Assembly (NCBI RefSeq): GCF_000010065.1
Contig: NC_006576.1
Location: forward strand, 1,620,001-1,652,000
From: Synechococcus elongatus PCC 6301
GTDB taxonomy: Bacteria; Cyanobacteriota; Cyanobacteriia; Synechococcales; Synechococcaceae
Length of the DNA stretch: 32,000 nucleotides
Direction of reading: 5' to 3'
Made by a program: the position numbers and the translations under genes. Under the pieces are notes generated by a model. That model had not been told where the DNA came from. It saw only the letters and a list, made by a program, of their open reading frames with translations, and did not search any database. Shown here in pieces: positions 16,865 through 25,392 of this stretch (positions are counted from its first letter, which is position 1; each line of letters begins with the position of its first letter).

Positions 16865-17926
16865 CTAGGGAAGAATTGGCGTGATCTCTGTGGCCACTCC
16901 TGCTTCACGCCCGCTTTGCCAAGGTCGCCCATCCAGCGCCATCGTTTCAATTTCGCGGGCCAAGCGCAGCGCTTTAATTGCCTGCTCACCGCCAACGGAG
17001 GGCTGGTCGCCGCCACGCACGCAGTTGACGAAATGCTCCAGCTCAGCGTGCAACGGTTCGATATTGCTGGTTGAAACTTTCTCAATCAGACCATCTTGGC
17101 GGTAGAGCACTTGGCCATAGTCACTCGACAGATGGGTCGTTGTTTGGCGGTGAATCAGAATTTCGCTGTTGAGAAAATCTGCTTCAGTCAGGCAGTTGCG
17201 GCAGTGAGCAGCAATGCGGCGGATCTTGCGATGGGTGACTTTGCTGGCCGTCAGAGTAGCGATGATGCCGTTAGCAAAACTCAGGGTCGCTGTCACATAG
17301 TCCAGTTGCTCAGAACCCAAAGCCTTGCTGCCGCGCGCACTGACTTGGGTGACGGGTGCATTAGCTAGAGCCAGTAACAAGTCAATGTCATGGATCATCA
17401 AATCCAAGACAACGGAGACATCGTTAGCCCGCTGAGCGTAGGGGCTCATCCGATGAGCTTCCAAAGCCAGAATTTCTTCAGTCTTGAGGACTTTGCTCAG
17501 CTCTTGGAAAGCGGGGTTAAAGCGCTCGATATGGCCGACTTGGAGAATGCATTGGGCTTCCGCTGCTGCATTGACCAAGGATTCTGCCTCGGCCAAGCTG
17601 GCTGCGATCGGTTTTTCGATCAGTACATGGACGCCAGCCGCCAAACAGGTCATGCCCACATCGTGATGCAGCTTGGTGGGAACGGCGATACAGACCGCAT
17701 CGACCAGCGTTAAAAGCTCCCGATAGTCTTCGAAGTAGCGAATCCGATAGTTGCTGGCAGTTTCTAGGCCTCGCTCGACATCAACATCAGCGATTCCAAC
17801 GAGCTCAACATCTTTCAAAAAGCTAAGGACACGGGCATGGTGTTGGCCCATGTGACCGACGCCAATCACGCCGACGCGGATCGGCTTGACCCGCTTGCTG
17901 AGGGCTTGCGCAGCAGCTGCACTCAT
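16865..17926 (-). CDS. Gfo/Idh/MocA-family NAD(P)-dependent oxidoreductase
   Basis: Rossmann N-terminus IRVGVIGVGHMGQHHARVL, EKP motif (VLIEKPIA), GH.ERFNP. ATG at the complement of 17924-17926 is preferred; the track start at 17956 is possible. Confidence 0.85.
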   Translation of the reverse strand: MSAAAAQALSKRVKPIRVGVIGVGHMGQHHARVLSFLKDVELVGIADVDVERGLETASNYRIRYFEDYRELLTLVDAVCIAVPTKLHHDVGMTCLAAGVHVLIEKPIAASLAEAESLVNAAAEAQCILQVGHIERFNPAFQELSKVLKTEEILALEAHRMSPYAQRANDVSVVLDLMIHDIDLLLALANAPVTQVSARGSKALGSEQLDYVTATLSFANGIIATLTASKVTHRKIRRIAAHCRNCLTEADFLNSEILIHRQTTTHLSSDYGQVLYRQDGLIEKVSTSNIEPLHAELEHFVNCVRGGDQPSVGGEQAIKALRLAREIETMALDGRPWQSGREAGVATEITPILP

Positions 17927-17977
17927 CCCAGACTTCTCCAGCGAGAACCGCTCCAAGGCAGGGCACGGCTAAGACAG

Positions 17978-19408
17978 TCAGATGTTAGCATGCGGTTTTG
18001 CCTCATCGGACGCTGCAGGTTGCGGCGATCGCAATTGTCGAATTTCGATAAATTCCAACCGTGGCCCTTCTGCGATCGCCACGCGAATCTGACAATCCTG
18101 AAAGTCAAAGCCTTCACCGGCTTCGGGAATTTTCTGTAACTGCGCTACGACAAATCCACCCAAGGTGTTGTACTCCTCTTCGAGGGGAAGATCCAGTCCT
18201 AAGCGCTCATTGACGGTCTCAATGTCCGTTTGAGCCTGAACCAGCACGGTTTGGTCGTCAATCCGCCGAAACTGTTCATTCTCCTCAGCGTCTTGCTCTT
18301 CATCGCCGAGAATTTCCGCCAGAATGTCCTGCAAGGTCACCAGACCTTCGGTGCCGCCAAACTCATCGACCACAATCGCCATCGGTAGGGGCGATCGCTG
18401 CATCTGGGGCAGTAACTCTTTTAGGGAGAGGCCTTCCGGGACAAAACGGGCTGGTTGCACCCAGGCTTTGACAGGACTGCTGGGCTGAAGTTCGCCGCTG
18501 GCCATCGGCACCGCCAAAGCACGAAAGTCGATCAGGCCTAAGACTTGGTCAAGGCTGTCTCTGATCACGGGAAAGCAAGCATGGCCGGATTCCTGAATCG
18601 CAGCCAAAAGATCGAGGAAGGTGGCGTCTTCTTCTAGCGCCACAATCCGGGTGCGTGGCACCATCACTTCGCCAGCGGTGATTTCACCAAACTCAATCAC
18701 ATTACTGAGAATCTGCCGTTCTTCTGCTTCTAAGCCTGTCGATTCAGCTGCAGATTGAATGATCCACTGCAGCTCCTCTGGGGTGACGCTGCTATACCAG
18801 CGCTGCTGGCTATAGTCGATGCCGAAGAGTCCCAGCAGGCATCGGGTCGAGCCGTTCAATAGGCTGATCACCGGCGCAAAAATCTGGGCGATCGCAATGC
18901 TTGGTGGACCTAAGAGGCGGGCCATCTGTTCTGGGTAGATCAGTGCGACTGCCTTGGGACAGAGTTCACCTAGGACGATCTGGAGATAGACCAGCAGGGC
19001 AAAGGCGAGGGGGATCGCCAGGACATGGCTGAGCGGTTCTGGCCCGATCGCGGGTAGCGGCAGTTGCTCGAGTGCCTGACGAATCAGAACGGCGATCGTT
19101 GATTCTCCGACCCAGCCGAGGGCTAAACTCGCCAGCGTAATTCCTAGCTGTGTGGTCGAGAGCAGTCGATCAATGCTGCGCTGTAGTCGTTCCACCATGC
19201 GAGCGGGAACGTCGCCTTCCTGGGCGAGTTGATTAATCCGCGATCGCCGGACGTAGACGATCGCAAACTCCGCAGTCACAAAGAAGGCATTGATGACAAT
19301 TAGCAGCACGATCGCAGCTCCCCGCCAGAGCCAAGCGCTCAGTGGTAGATCGGGGCTTGCGGCGATCGCGGCAGTCAAGTCAGGGGTAGGGGCAGGCAGA
19401 GGATCCAT
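17978..19408 (-). CDS. CNNM/DUF21-CBS-CorC_HlyC family membrane protein (putative divalent-cation efflux/hemolysin-like)
   Basis: 476 aa. N-terminal TM DUF21 region (NAFFVTAEFAIV), a CBS pair in the centre and a C-terminal CorC/HlyC transporter-associated domain. Confidence 0.87.
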   Translation of the reverse strand: MDPLPAPTPDLTAAIAASPDLPLSAWLWRGAAIVLLIVINAFFVTAEFAIVYVRRSRINQLAQEGDVPARMVERLQRSIDRLLSTTQLGITLASLALGWVGESTIAVLIRQALEQLPLPAIGPEPLSHVLAIPLAFALLVYLQIVLGELCPKAVALIYPEQMARLLGPPSIAIAQIFAPVISLLNGSTRCLLGLFGIDYSQQRWYSSVTPEELQWIIQSAAESTGLEAEERQILSNVIEFGEITAGEVMVPRTRIVALEEDATFLDLLAAIQESGHACFPVIRDSLDQVLGLIDFRALAVPMASGELQPSSPVKAWVQPARFVPEGLSLKELLPQMQRSPLPMAIVVDEFGGTEGLVTLQDILAEILGDEEQDAEENEQFRRIDDQTVLVQAQTDIETVNERLGLDLPLEEEYNTLGGFVVAQLQKIPEAGEGFDFQDCQIRVAIAEGPRLEFIEIRQLRSPQPAASDEAKPHANI

Positions 19409-19414
19409 AACCAG

Positions 19415-20026
19415 CTATTCGTTCAACGCCGGAAGTGGCACCGGCACACTGCTGCTGGGACTGCCCAGCCAGTGCAGGGTCAATCCTGTTAGGGAACCTT
19501 CCATCAGACTTTCAGCAGCTGTCAACTCTAGGGTGAGGGGTGCATTGGCGCGATCGAGCTGAGCCGGCAAGGTGACTGCCAGCGGAGCCCGATTGCCTTG
19601 GCGATTCATTAGCTCAAACCGACCTGCGAGTAAGTCCACTGGCTGATCGTCAGCCGGTTCTAGGCGAACTTGCAAGCGCAGTTGTCCGGCTCGACGTTCC
19701 ACTGTCTCTAGGCTCAACAGCAGTTCACCCCTCGGGGCTGCGGAGCGATCGCCGCTGTTTTCTGCAGGATCGCGATCGGCGGTAGTATTGCGCTGCGACT
19801 GCTGGAGCGCTTGGATCCGTTTGAGAATGGCTTGCTCTGAGAGAAAGTTAGCGGCTTCAGTGGCTGGCAAAACGCGGGTGGCGAGGGGCGCTGTTTCGGG
19901 CGCACGCACCCCAGCCAGCGAGCGCTGACCGATTGTCCAGCCGACCAGGGCACCCACCACGACCCCAATGCTGCCAATCACCAACAACCACTGACTGTTG
20001 GGTGGCAGGCGCTGCAGGCGTGACAT
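19415..20026 (-). CDS. Hypothetical single-pass membrane protein
   Basis: ATG at the complement of 20024-20026 gives MSRLQRLPPNSQWLLVIGSIGVVVGALVGW (TM anchor). The longer track ORF (to 20143) would run through the tRNA gene at 20108-20180. The stop lies 6 nt upstream of the CorC-like gene start. Confidence 0.5.
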   Translation of the reverse strand: MSRLQRLPPNSQWLLVIGSIGVVVGALVGWTIGQRSLAGVRAPETAPLATRVLPATEAANFLSEQAILKRIQALQQSQRNTTADRDPAENSGDRSAAPRGELLLSLETVERRAGQLRLQVRLEPADDQPVDLLAGRFELMNRQGNRAPLAVTLPAQLDRANAPLTLELTAAESLMEGSLTGLTLHWLGSPSSSVPVPLPALNE

Positions 20027-20107
20027 TGGCGATCGCGGGTCAACTTGGCCCAAGCAAAAAGTCCTAGGATTTCGCGAGCATTGACCGCTAGTATGGTAGC
20101 GAAATCT

Positions 20108-20180
20108 CCAGGGTTGGCCGAGCGGATTAGGCAGCGAACTCATAATTCGCTTTAGGCGGGTTCAACTCCTGCACCCTGGA
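20108..20180 (+). tRNA. tRNA with anticodon CAU, probably tRNA-Ile2 (lysidine type) rather than elongator or initiator Met
   Basis: Hand-folded cloverleaf: acceptor CCAGGGT/ACCCTGG, U8, D arm GCCG-AGCGGATT-AGGC, anticodon arm GCGAA-CUCAUAA-UUCGC, 5-nt variable loop, T arm GCGGG-TTCAACT-CCTGC, discriminator A, no encoded CCA. The D arm and anticodon loop resemble plastid trnI-CAU as I recall it. Confidence 0.85.
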
Positions 20181-20224
20181 TTCTGACTTCACAGACTGAC
20201 TCCCGCGAGACTATCGCCTCGGCT

Positions 20225-20761
20225 TTAGAACAGAGCCCGAACGGGCGGCGGCGGCAGGGGACGTTGGAAGGCAGGGGCTGGCTGGAAGACCGGAACTACT
20301 GGCGTAGGCTGTGCGAGCGGTTGCGGCAGCAGCGAAAGCGAGGTGTCGAAGGGGTTGTTCGCATCCGCCACGCGCAGCACGGGATCATCAGAGGTTTGGC
20401 GATCTTGACCCCAGCGTGTTAGGTCGTTGACGGCAGCGCCATCGCGACGAATCCGTTCTTCAGGGAAGCCCCCGAAGCCCAGAATGTCGTTGATGTTCCA
20501 CCAGAGATTGGTGCCGTTGAAATAATAGGGTGAGTTCCAGAAGTAGGCCCGATTGAAGGCATCATCCAAGGGCACAGGTGGAGCACCCGGCGGGGTGACC
20601 GCAGGTGGCGTAACTACCTGATAGGGCTGATAGGGAACCGCTGCCGGCGCTTGCTGAGCTTGGCTGGCAGGTGCTGCGATCGCTCCCAGCACGACTGTGC
20701 TGAGTAGCGCCAGAGTTCGTGGACAAGAACGCAACTGAGCCATCACACTGCACACCGCCAT
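20225..20761 (-). CDS. Secreted proline-rich hypothetical protein
   Basis: Signal peptide (..LALLSTVVLGAIAAPASQAQ), Pro-rich flanks, an aromatic/Asn-rich core (YFWNSPYYFNGTNLWWNINDILGFGGF) and a C-terminal Phe. The start may be the second Met (MAQLRS). Confidence 0.5.
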   Translation of the reverse strand: MAVCSVMAQLRSCPRTLALLSTVVLGAIAAPASQAQQAPAAVPYQPYQVVTPPAVTPPGAPPVPLDDAFNRAYFWNSPYYFNGTNLWWNINDILGFGGFPEERIRRDGAAVNDLTRWGQDRQTSDDPVLRVADANNPFDTSLSLLPQPLAQPTPVVPVFQPAPAFQRPLPPPPVRALF

Positions 20762-20860
20762 AGAGCTTTGCCTCTAGCTTAGAAGGCTTCTCGCATTTTG
20801 CCAGAGGGGAAAGAGAAATGTTAGCCGATAGAATCAACAAGTGCCGCTTCTTTCAATGGA

Positions 20861-21469
20861 ATGATGCTGATCTCCGATTCCAGCTGGGCTGTTCAGGCAG
20901 ATTTACCCCGGTTGCACGATTTGCTCCTCGATCTGCTCTGCGATCGCCCCTATCGCGAAGGAGATTTTTTGCTGTCTTCCGGCCAGCGCAGCACTTATTA
21001 CATCAATGGCAAACAAGTGACGCTGCATCCCCAAGGGGCTGTCGCCGTCGGACGCTTGCTTGCTGCGCGCCTGCCCCAGGAAATTACAGCAGTAGCGGGC
21101 CTTACCTTGAGGGCTGATCCGATCGTAACGGCGGTCAGTGTGGTTGCCGCCTACGCTGGTCGCGATCTGACACCGTTGATTGTGCGCAAGGAAGCCAAAG
21201 GGCATGGCACTCAGGCTTATATCGAAGGGCCAGAACTACCCGCTGGAACCGCGATCGCTGTCCTCGAAGATGTGGTGACAACCGGAGGATCCGCTCTGAA
21301 GGCAGTCACTCGCTTGCGGGATGCCGGCTACGTGGTCGATCGCGTGCTTGCTTTGGTCGATCGACAGCAGGGCGGGGCCGAACTCTATGCCCAAGAAGGC
21401 CTAATCTTTGATGTGCTCTATCGCATCCCCGATCTGCAGCAGCGCTACCGGGCATTGGCAGCGGATTAA
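20861..21469 (+). CDS. pyrE: Orotate phosphoribosyltransferase
   Basis: FLLSSGQRSTYYINGK, KEAKGHGT and the PRPP-binding loop VLEDVVTTGGS. Confidence 0.9.
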   Translation: MMLISDSSWAVQADLPRLHDLLLDLLCDRPYREGDFLLSSGQRSTYYINGKQVTLHPQGAVAVGRLLAARLPQEITAVAGLTLRADPIVTAVSVVAAYAGRDLTPLIVRKEAKGHGTQAYIEGPELPAGTAIAVLEDVVTTGGSALKAVTRLRDAGYVVDRVLALVDRQQGGAELYAQEGLIFDVLYRIPDLQQRYRALAAD

Positions 21470-21512
21470 TTAGTCAGGCGCAGCCTCCGTTAGGGCGCTC
21501 CTGATCCCCACA

Positions 21513-22181
21513 TTACGATCGCGGTGTAGCCAATCGACTGTCGCAGATTACTTGCTGCTCACCGCGATTGGGGCGACTGACGACGCCAATCATGATGGAA
21601 GCGAGGCGTTGTGACTCGGATAGATCAGCCTGCACGGCGGCTGTGTGGTTGCGATTGGCCGCGATCGCCCTACAAATTTCGGATGTTGTGTTGAGATTGA
21701 CTTGATTGGCAACACCATCGATCAGCAGATCACCAAATTGGCTGGAGTTTTCGGTGTAGCGCCCCTCTGAATTGAAGCTTGGGCCACAGCGGTAAATGGC
21801 ATGAGGACCTTGCCAGATATGCTGGGGCGTGATGGCTTGAACTGCATAGGTCACGGTGTAGAGTCCCCCACTGGGGCGCGGGATTTCCAAACTCAGAATC
21901 GGTTTGCGAGTGCTTGTATTGCATTGAGCTGTGGCCGTGAGATCTGCATTGAGAACAATGCGGCGCGATTGATGCATTTCACTACTCATAAAATCCAGTG
22001 CTAGACCCAGTTGATTGCGCTGTTTGGCCAGTTCAGCAGCGCGGCGATCGCTACTTAAGTTGGTTTTAAGAACAAAGCCCCCAGCCAACACGATGATCAG
22101 TCCGAGCAGACCACTGACCAATAGCTCTGAGACCGTAAAACCTGCTGTACTAAGATTCTGGCGACATCCTTTGCAAATCAT
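21513..22181 (-). CDS. Type IV minor pilin, PilW-like (prepilin-type N-terminal methylation motif)
   Basis: Class III signal: MICKGCRQNLSTAG/FTVSELLVSGLLGLIIV (G-1, F+1, E+5). The start overlaps the upstream gene's stop (ATGA at 22178-22181). From memory this corresponds to the S. elongatus competence minor pilin pilW. Confidence 0.75.
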   Translation of the reverse strand: MICKGCRQNLSTAGFTVSELLVSGLLGLIIVLAGGFVLKTNLSSDRRAAELAKQRNQLGLALDFMSSEMHQSRRIVLNADLTATAQCNTSTRKPILSLEIPRPSGGLYTVTYAVQAITPQHIWQGPHAIYRCGPSFNSEGRYTENSSQFGDLLIDGVANQVNLNTTSEICRAIAANRNHTAAVQADLSESQRLASIMIGVVSRPNRGEQQVICDSRLATPRS

Positions 22182-22693
22182 GAACCACCATCCTTGACGC
22201 AGGTATTTTGTTGAATTGTGCCGAGGCGTATCACGCCGAGGGGTTGTGAGAGCACCAAGCAGCGTGTGGTGTTAGTCCAGGCATGGCTAAACCGCAACGT
22301 GCCGTTGCTGCTGGGGGTCGTGGTGGCAACAGGAGAAAAAGTGACACTGGCTAAGCTGCCGCTGACTGTGACACCAAGGTCAAAACCCATGCCTGAGTCA
22401 CTGAGCGATCGCCCCATACTGACCAGACAATCGGGAGGATTGGCGGTAGCGAGATTATTGGCAAAAGTGACTTGACAGGTGCGATTGGTTCGTTGGGCCT
22501 CACGCTTGAGAATCATTAACTGGGCTTGGGCATTGGTTTGAGCGAGCCGAGTGGCATAATCGCCCCACATACCCGCCATCGATGGAAAGGAAACAGCCGC
22601 AAGAATGGTGCTAATCGTGAGGGCTGTTAGGGTTTCAACGACGGTGAAGCCCGACTGAATTTGAGCGCGCGAGGCAGGAGTTTGCAGGTCCAT
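22178..22693 (-). CDS. Type IV minor pilin/pseudopilin, FimT/GspH-like (prepilin-type N-terminal methylation motif)
   Basis: Class III signal: MDLQTPASRAQIQSG/FTVVETLTALTISTILAAV. It is followed by a GspH/FimT-like stretch (QLMILKREAQRTNRTCQVTF). From memory this corresponds to S. elongatus pilA3. Confidence 0.75.
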   Translation of the reverse strand: MDLQTPASRAQIQSGFTVVETLTALTISTILAAVSFPSMAGMWGDYATRLAQTNAQAQLMILKREAQRTNRTCQVTFANNLATANPPDCLVSMGRSLSDSGMGFDLGVTVSGSLASVTFSPVATTTPSSNGTLRFSHAWTNTTRCLVLSQPLGVIRLGTIQQNTCVKDGGS

Positions 22694-22937
22694 CGTGGGC
22701 CCCTAGCAGCTTGACTGATTTCAAGTGTCTGCGCGGGAAGATAATGACCAAAAGGACTAAAATTTTTCCTTCCGGATCATGAGATTTTTGTTCATTAATT
22801 CTTAGTAATGAATAATGATTACCTGCTTTTGTTTCATCAGGTTCTCAGGTTTTTACTCTAGGAAGACTGAGATTGATGCTGATGGCGATAGTTGAACTCT
22901 CGTTGTTTCCACTGCTCAGAGTTGCGATCGCAGCTGA

Positions 22938-23723
22938 CTAGGCGACGCTTGTTTCTTGTGGCACAGCGCTGGCGAGAGGAGCGGACATCAAAACGCCAGG
23001 CTCGCCTTGCTTCGGCAGTACCTGCAAAATGTCTACGCGACTGCAATAGTCAAGGTCTGCCTCGCATTTGAGTCGCAGCAAGCGTTGGCCATGGCTCGCT
23101 TGGCAAAGTAGGCCGTAGAGATTGTGCTCCCAGTGTTGGTAGAGGGCGATCGCGGCCAACATTTCGTCATTGCCCAGCTGAATCTGTGATTGCAAAGGAG
23201 CAGCGATCGCCCCAGCACAGACGCTGTCTTCGAGGGCATAACTTCCTTCCCAACCGGAACCGACAATCCAAACGGTTTCCGGCTGTTCACGCTTCAAAAA
23301 ATCAACGACTGCCTGTCGATTGACAAGGGCAGCCGCAATTACTGTCTTGGCTTGTTGGATGCGGGTGAGCGATCGCGTGCCGTTGGTGGTGCTGATGAAC
23401 AGTCGGCGATCGCGAAAGCGTTCAGGAGTCACTTCCAAGGGTGAATTGCCGAAGTCAAACCCCTCCACCTGCTTGCCGCCGCGTTCTCCAGCTCGGAGGC
23501 GGCGCTCCGCTGGCCATGCCTCACTCTGGACCCGCAGAGTATCTAGGTCGCTAAACACCTGTACTGCCTCTGCCCCAGCATCCAGTGCGGTTGCAATCGT
23601 AGAGGTTGCCCGCAGTACGTCGATCGCGATCGCACAATCCGGCGTTTCTGTGTGGGGAACCAGTTCGGGGGTGTGGAAGTAGAAAAGCTTCACAGCAGAC
23701 TTGGCGACAGAGTTGCTCTCCAT
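22938..23723 (-). CDS. 2-phosphosulfolactate phosphatase (ComB) family protein
   Basis: [17 protein letters not shown] and overall ComB-family layout. ATG at the complement of 23721-23723 (MESNSVAK) is preferred over the track start at 23750. Confidence 0.83.
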   Translation of the reverse strand: MESNSVAKSAVKLFYFHTPELVPHTETPDCAIAIDVLRATSTIATALDAGAEAVQVFSDLDTLRVQSEAWPAERRLRAGERGGKQVEGFDFGNSPLEVTPERFRDRRLFISTTNGTRSLTRIQQAKTVIAAALVNRQAVVDFLKREQPETVWIVGSGWEGSYALEDSVCAGAIAAPLQSQIQLGNDEMLAAIALYQHWEHNLYGLLCQASHGQRLLRLKCEADLDYCSRVDILQVLPKQGEPGVLMSAPLASAVPQETSVA

Positions 23724-23853
23724 TTTCGGACATCTCTTCCGGTCTGCCACAAAGAATCCTCAACTTTGATGATTGACACAAGGGTCAGAGCGATCGCCGC
23801 ACCGTCCTCGACGCGAAACTGCCAATAATGGTCAGAGACGCCCAGGACTCACC

Positions 23854-25374
23854 ATGCCGAGAGATTTACGCGGATTTCTCAAGTTGCTCGAAGAACGCGG
23901 CCAGCTCCGCCGGATTACGGCGCCCGTCGATTCTGATCTGGAGATCGCGGAGATTTCTAACCGCCTCTTGGCAGCGGGTGGCCCTGCCCTGCTATTCGAA
24001 AACGTCAAAGGCACGGATTGGCCGGTGGCCGTCAATCTCCTCGGCACCGTCGAGCGGGTTTGCTGGGCGATGAACTTCGAGGAGCCCAAGCAGCTCGAGG
24101 ATTTGGGCCGCAAGCTCGGCATGCTCCAGCAACCGAAGCCACCGAAGAAAATCTCGCAGGCGGTGGAGTTCGGCAAAGTGCTCTTCAGCTTGGTGCGTGC
24201 GAAACCTCAGCGCGATTTGTTGCCGCCCTGCCATCAAGTTGTGCTCAAGGGAGATGAGGTCAACCTCGATCGCATCCCAATGATTCGACCCTATCCCGGT
24301 GATGCGGGCAAAATCATCACCCTCGGCTTGGTAATTACTAAGGATCCTGAGACGGGGACGCCGAACGTCGGCGTTTACCGGCTGCAACAGCAGTCAGTCA
24401 ATACGATGACCGTGCATTGGCTCTCAGTGCGGGGCGGCGCCCGTCACTTGCGCAAAGCAGCGGAGCGCGGCCAGAAGTTAGAAGTTGCGATCGCCCTTGG
24501 GGTGGATCCACTGATCCTGATGGCAGCGGCGACCCCAATTCCCGTCGATCTGTCCGAGTGGCTCTTTGCCGGACTCTATGGCGGCAGCGGCGTTCATTTG
24601 GCCAAGTGCAAAACTGTCGATCTGGAAGTGCCCGCCGATTCCGAGATTGTCCTCGAAGGCACGATTACGCCGGGGGAAGTGCTGCCCGATGGGCCGTTTG
24701 GCGACCACATGGGCTATTACGGCGTGGTCGAAGATTCACCGCTGGTGCGCTTCCATTGCCTGACCCATCGGCGCGACCCGATTTATCTGACGACCTTTAG
24801 CGGTCGCCCACCGAAGGAAGAGGCAATGATGGCGATCGCGCTCAACCGCATCTACACGCCGATTCTGCGCCAGCAAGTGCCGGAGATCGTCGATTTCTTC
24901 CTGCCGATGGAAGCCCTGAGCTATAAGGCCGCGGTGATCAGTATCGATAAAGCCTACCCGGGCCAAGCGCGCCGCGCGGCGCTCGCCTTTTGGAGTGCGC
25001 TGCCGCAGTTCACTTACACGAAGTTTGTAATTGTTGTCGATCGCGAGATCAACATCCGCGATCCGCGCCAAGTGATTTGGGCGGTGACTTCCAAAGTGGA
25101 TCCCGAGCGTGACGTCTTCATCCTGCCAGAAACACCGTTTGATACCCTCGACTTTGCAAGTCCAAAACTCGGTCTTGGTAGCCGCATGGGTATCGATGCC
25201 ACCACCAAGGTCTATCCCGAAACCGATCACCAGTGGGGTGAACCGCTGCGATCGGATCCAGCGATCGCGGAGCAAGTCACGCAGCGCTGGGCGGAATATG
25301 GTCTGGCCGATCTGAAGTTGGACGAGGTTGATCCCAACCGCTTTGGCTACGAAATGCCCCCTATCCGGTCTTAG
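23854..25374 (+). CDS. ubiD: UbiD-family (prenylated-FMN dependent) aromatic acid decarboxylase
   Basis: MPRDLRGFLKLLEERGQLRRI...ALLFENVKG...NVGVYR...GPFGDHMGYY, typical of 4-hydroxy-3-polyprenylbenzoate decarboxylase. ATG 23854 is preferred; the track's TTG at 23773 adds an Arg-rich non-conserved extension. Confidence 0.92.
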   Translation: MPRDLRGFLKLLEERGQLRRITAPVDSDLEIAEISNRLLAAGGPALLFENVKGTDWPVAVNLLGTVERVCWAMNFEEPKQLEDLGRKLGMLQQPKPPKKISQAVEFGKVLFSLVRAKPQRDLLPPCHQVVLKGDEVNLDRIPMIRPYPGDAGKIITLGLVITKDPETGTPNVGVYRLQQQSVNTMTVHWLSVRGGARHLRKAAERGQKLEVAIALGVDPLILMAAATPIPVDLSEWLFAGLYGGSGVHLAKCKTVDLEVPADSEIVLEGTITPGEVLPDGPFGDHMGYYGVVEDSPLVRFHCLTHRRDPIYLTTFSGRPPKEEAMMAIALNRIYTPILRQQVPEIVDFFLPMEALSYKAAVISIDKAYPGQARRAALAFWSALPQFTYTKFVIVVDREINIRDPRQVIWAVTSKVDPERDVFILPETPFDTLDFASPKLGLGSRMGIDATTKVYPETDHQWGEPLRSDPAIAEQVTQRWAEYGLADLKLDEVDPNRFGYEMPPIRS

Positions 25375-25392
25375 TGCCGACCAGTTGAATCC

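Noticed and set aside
20027-20143. N-terminal extension of the 19415-20143 ORF
   Set aside because: It would run antisense through the tRNA gene at 20108-20180. The internal ATG at 20026 gives a sensible TM-anchored N-terminus.
20108-22693. A tRNA-flanked genomic island (tRNA gene followed by secreted protein, pyrE and pilins)
   Set aside because: I could find no integrase, no direct repeat of the tRNA 3' end, housekeeping pyrE sits in the middle, and GC and HIP1 content are genome-typical.
24736-25275. 179-aa minus-strand ORF and other ORFs inside 23828-25315
   Set aside because: They are embedded antisense or out of frame within the strongly supported UbiD gene.
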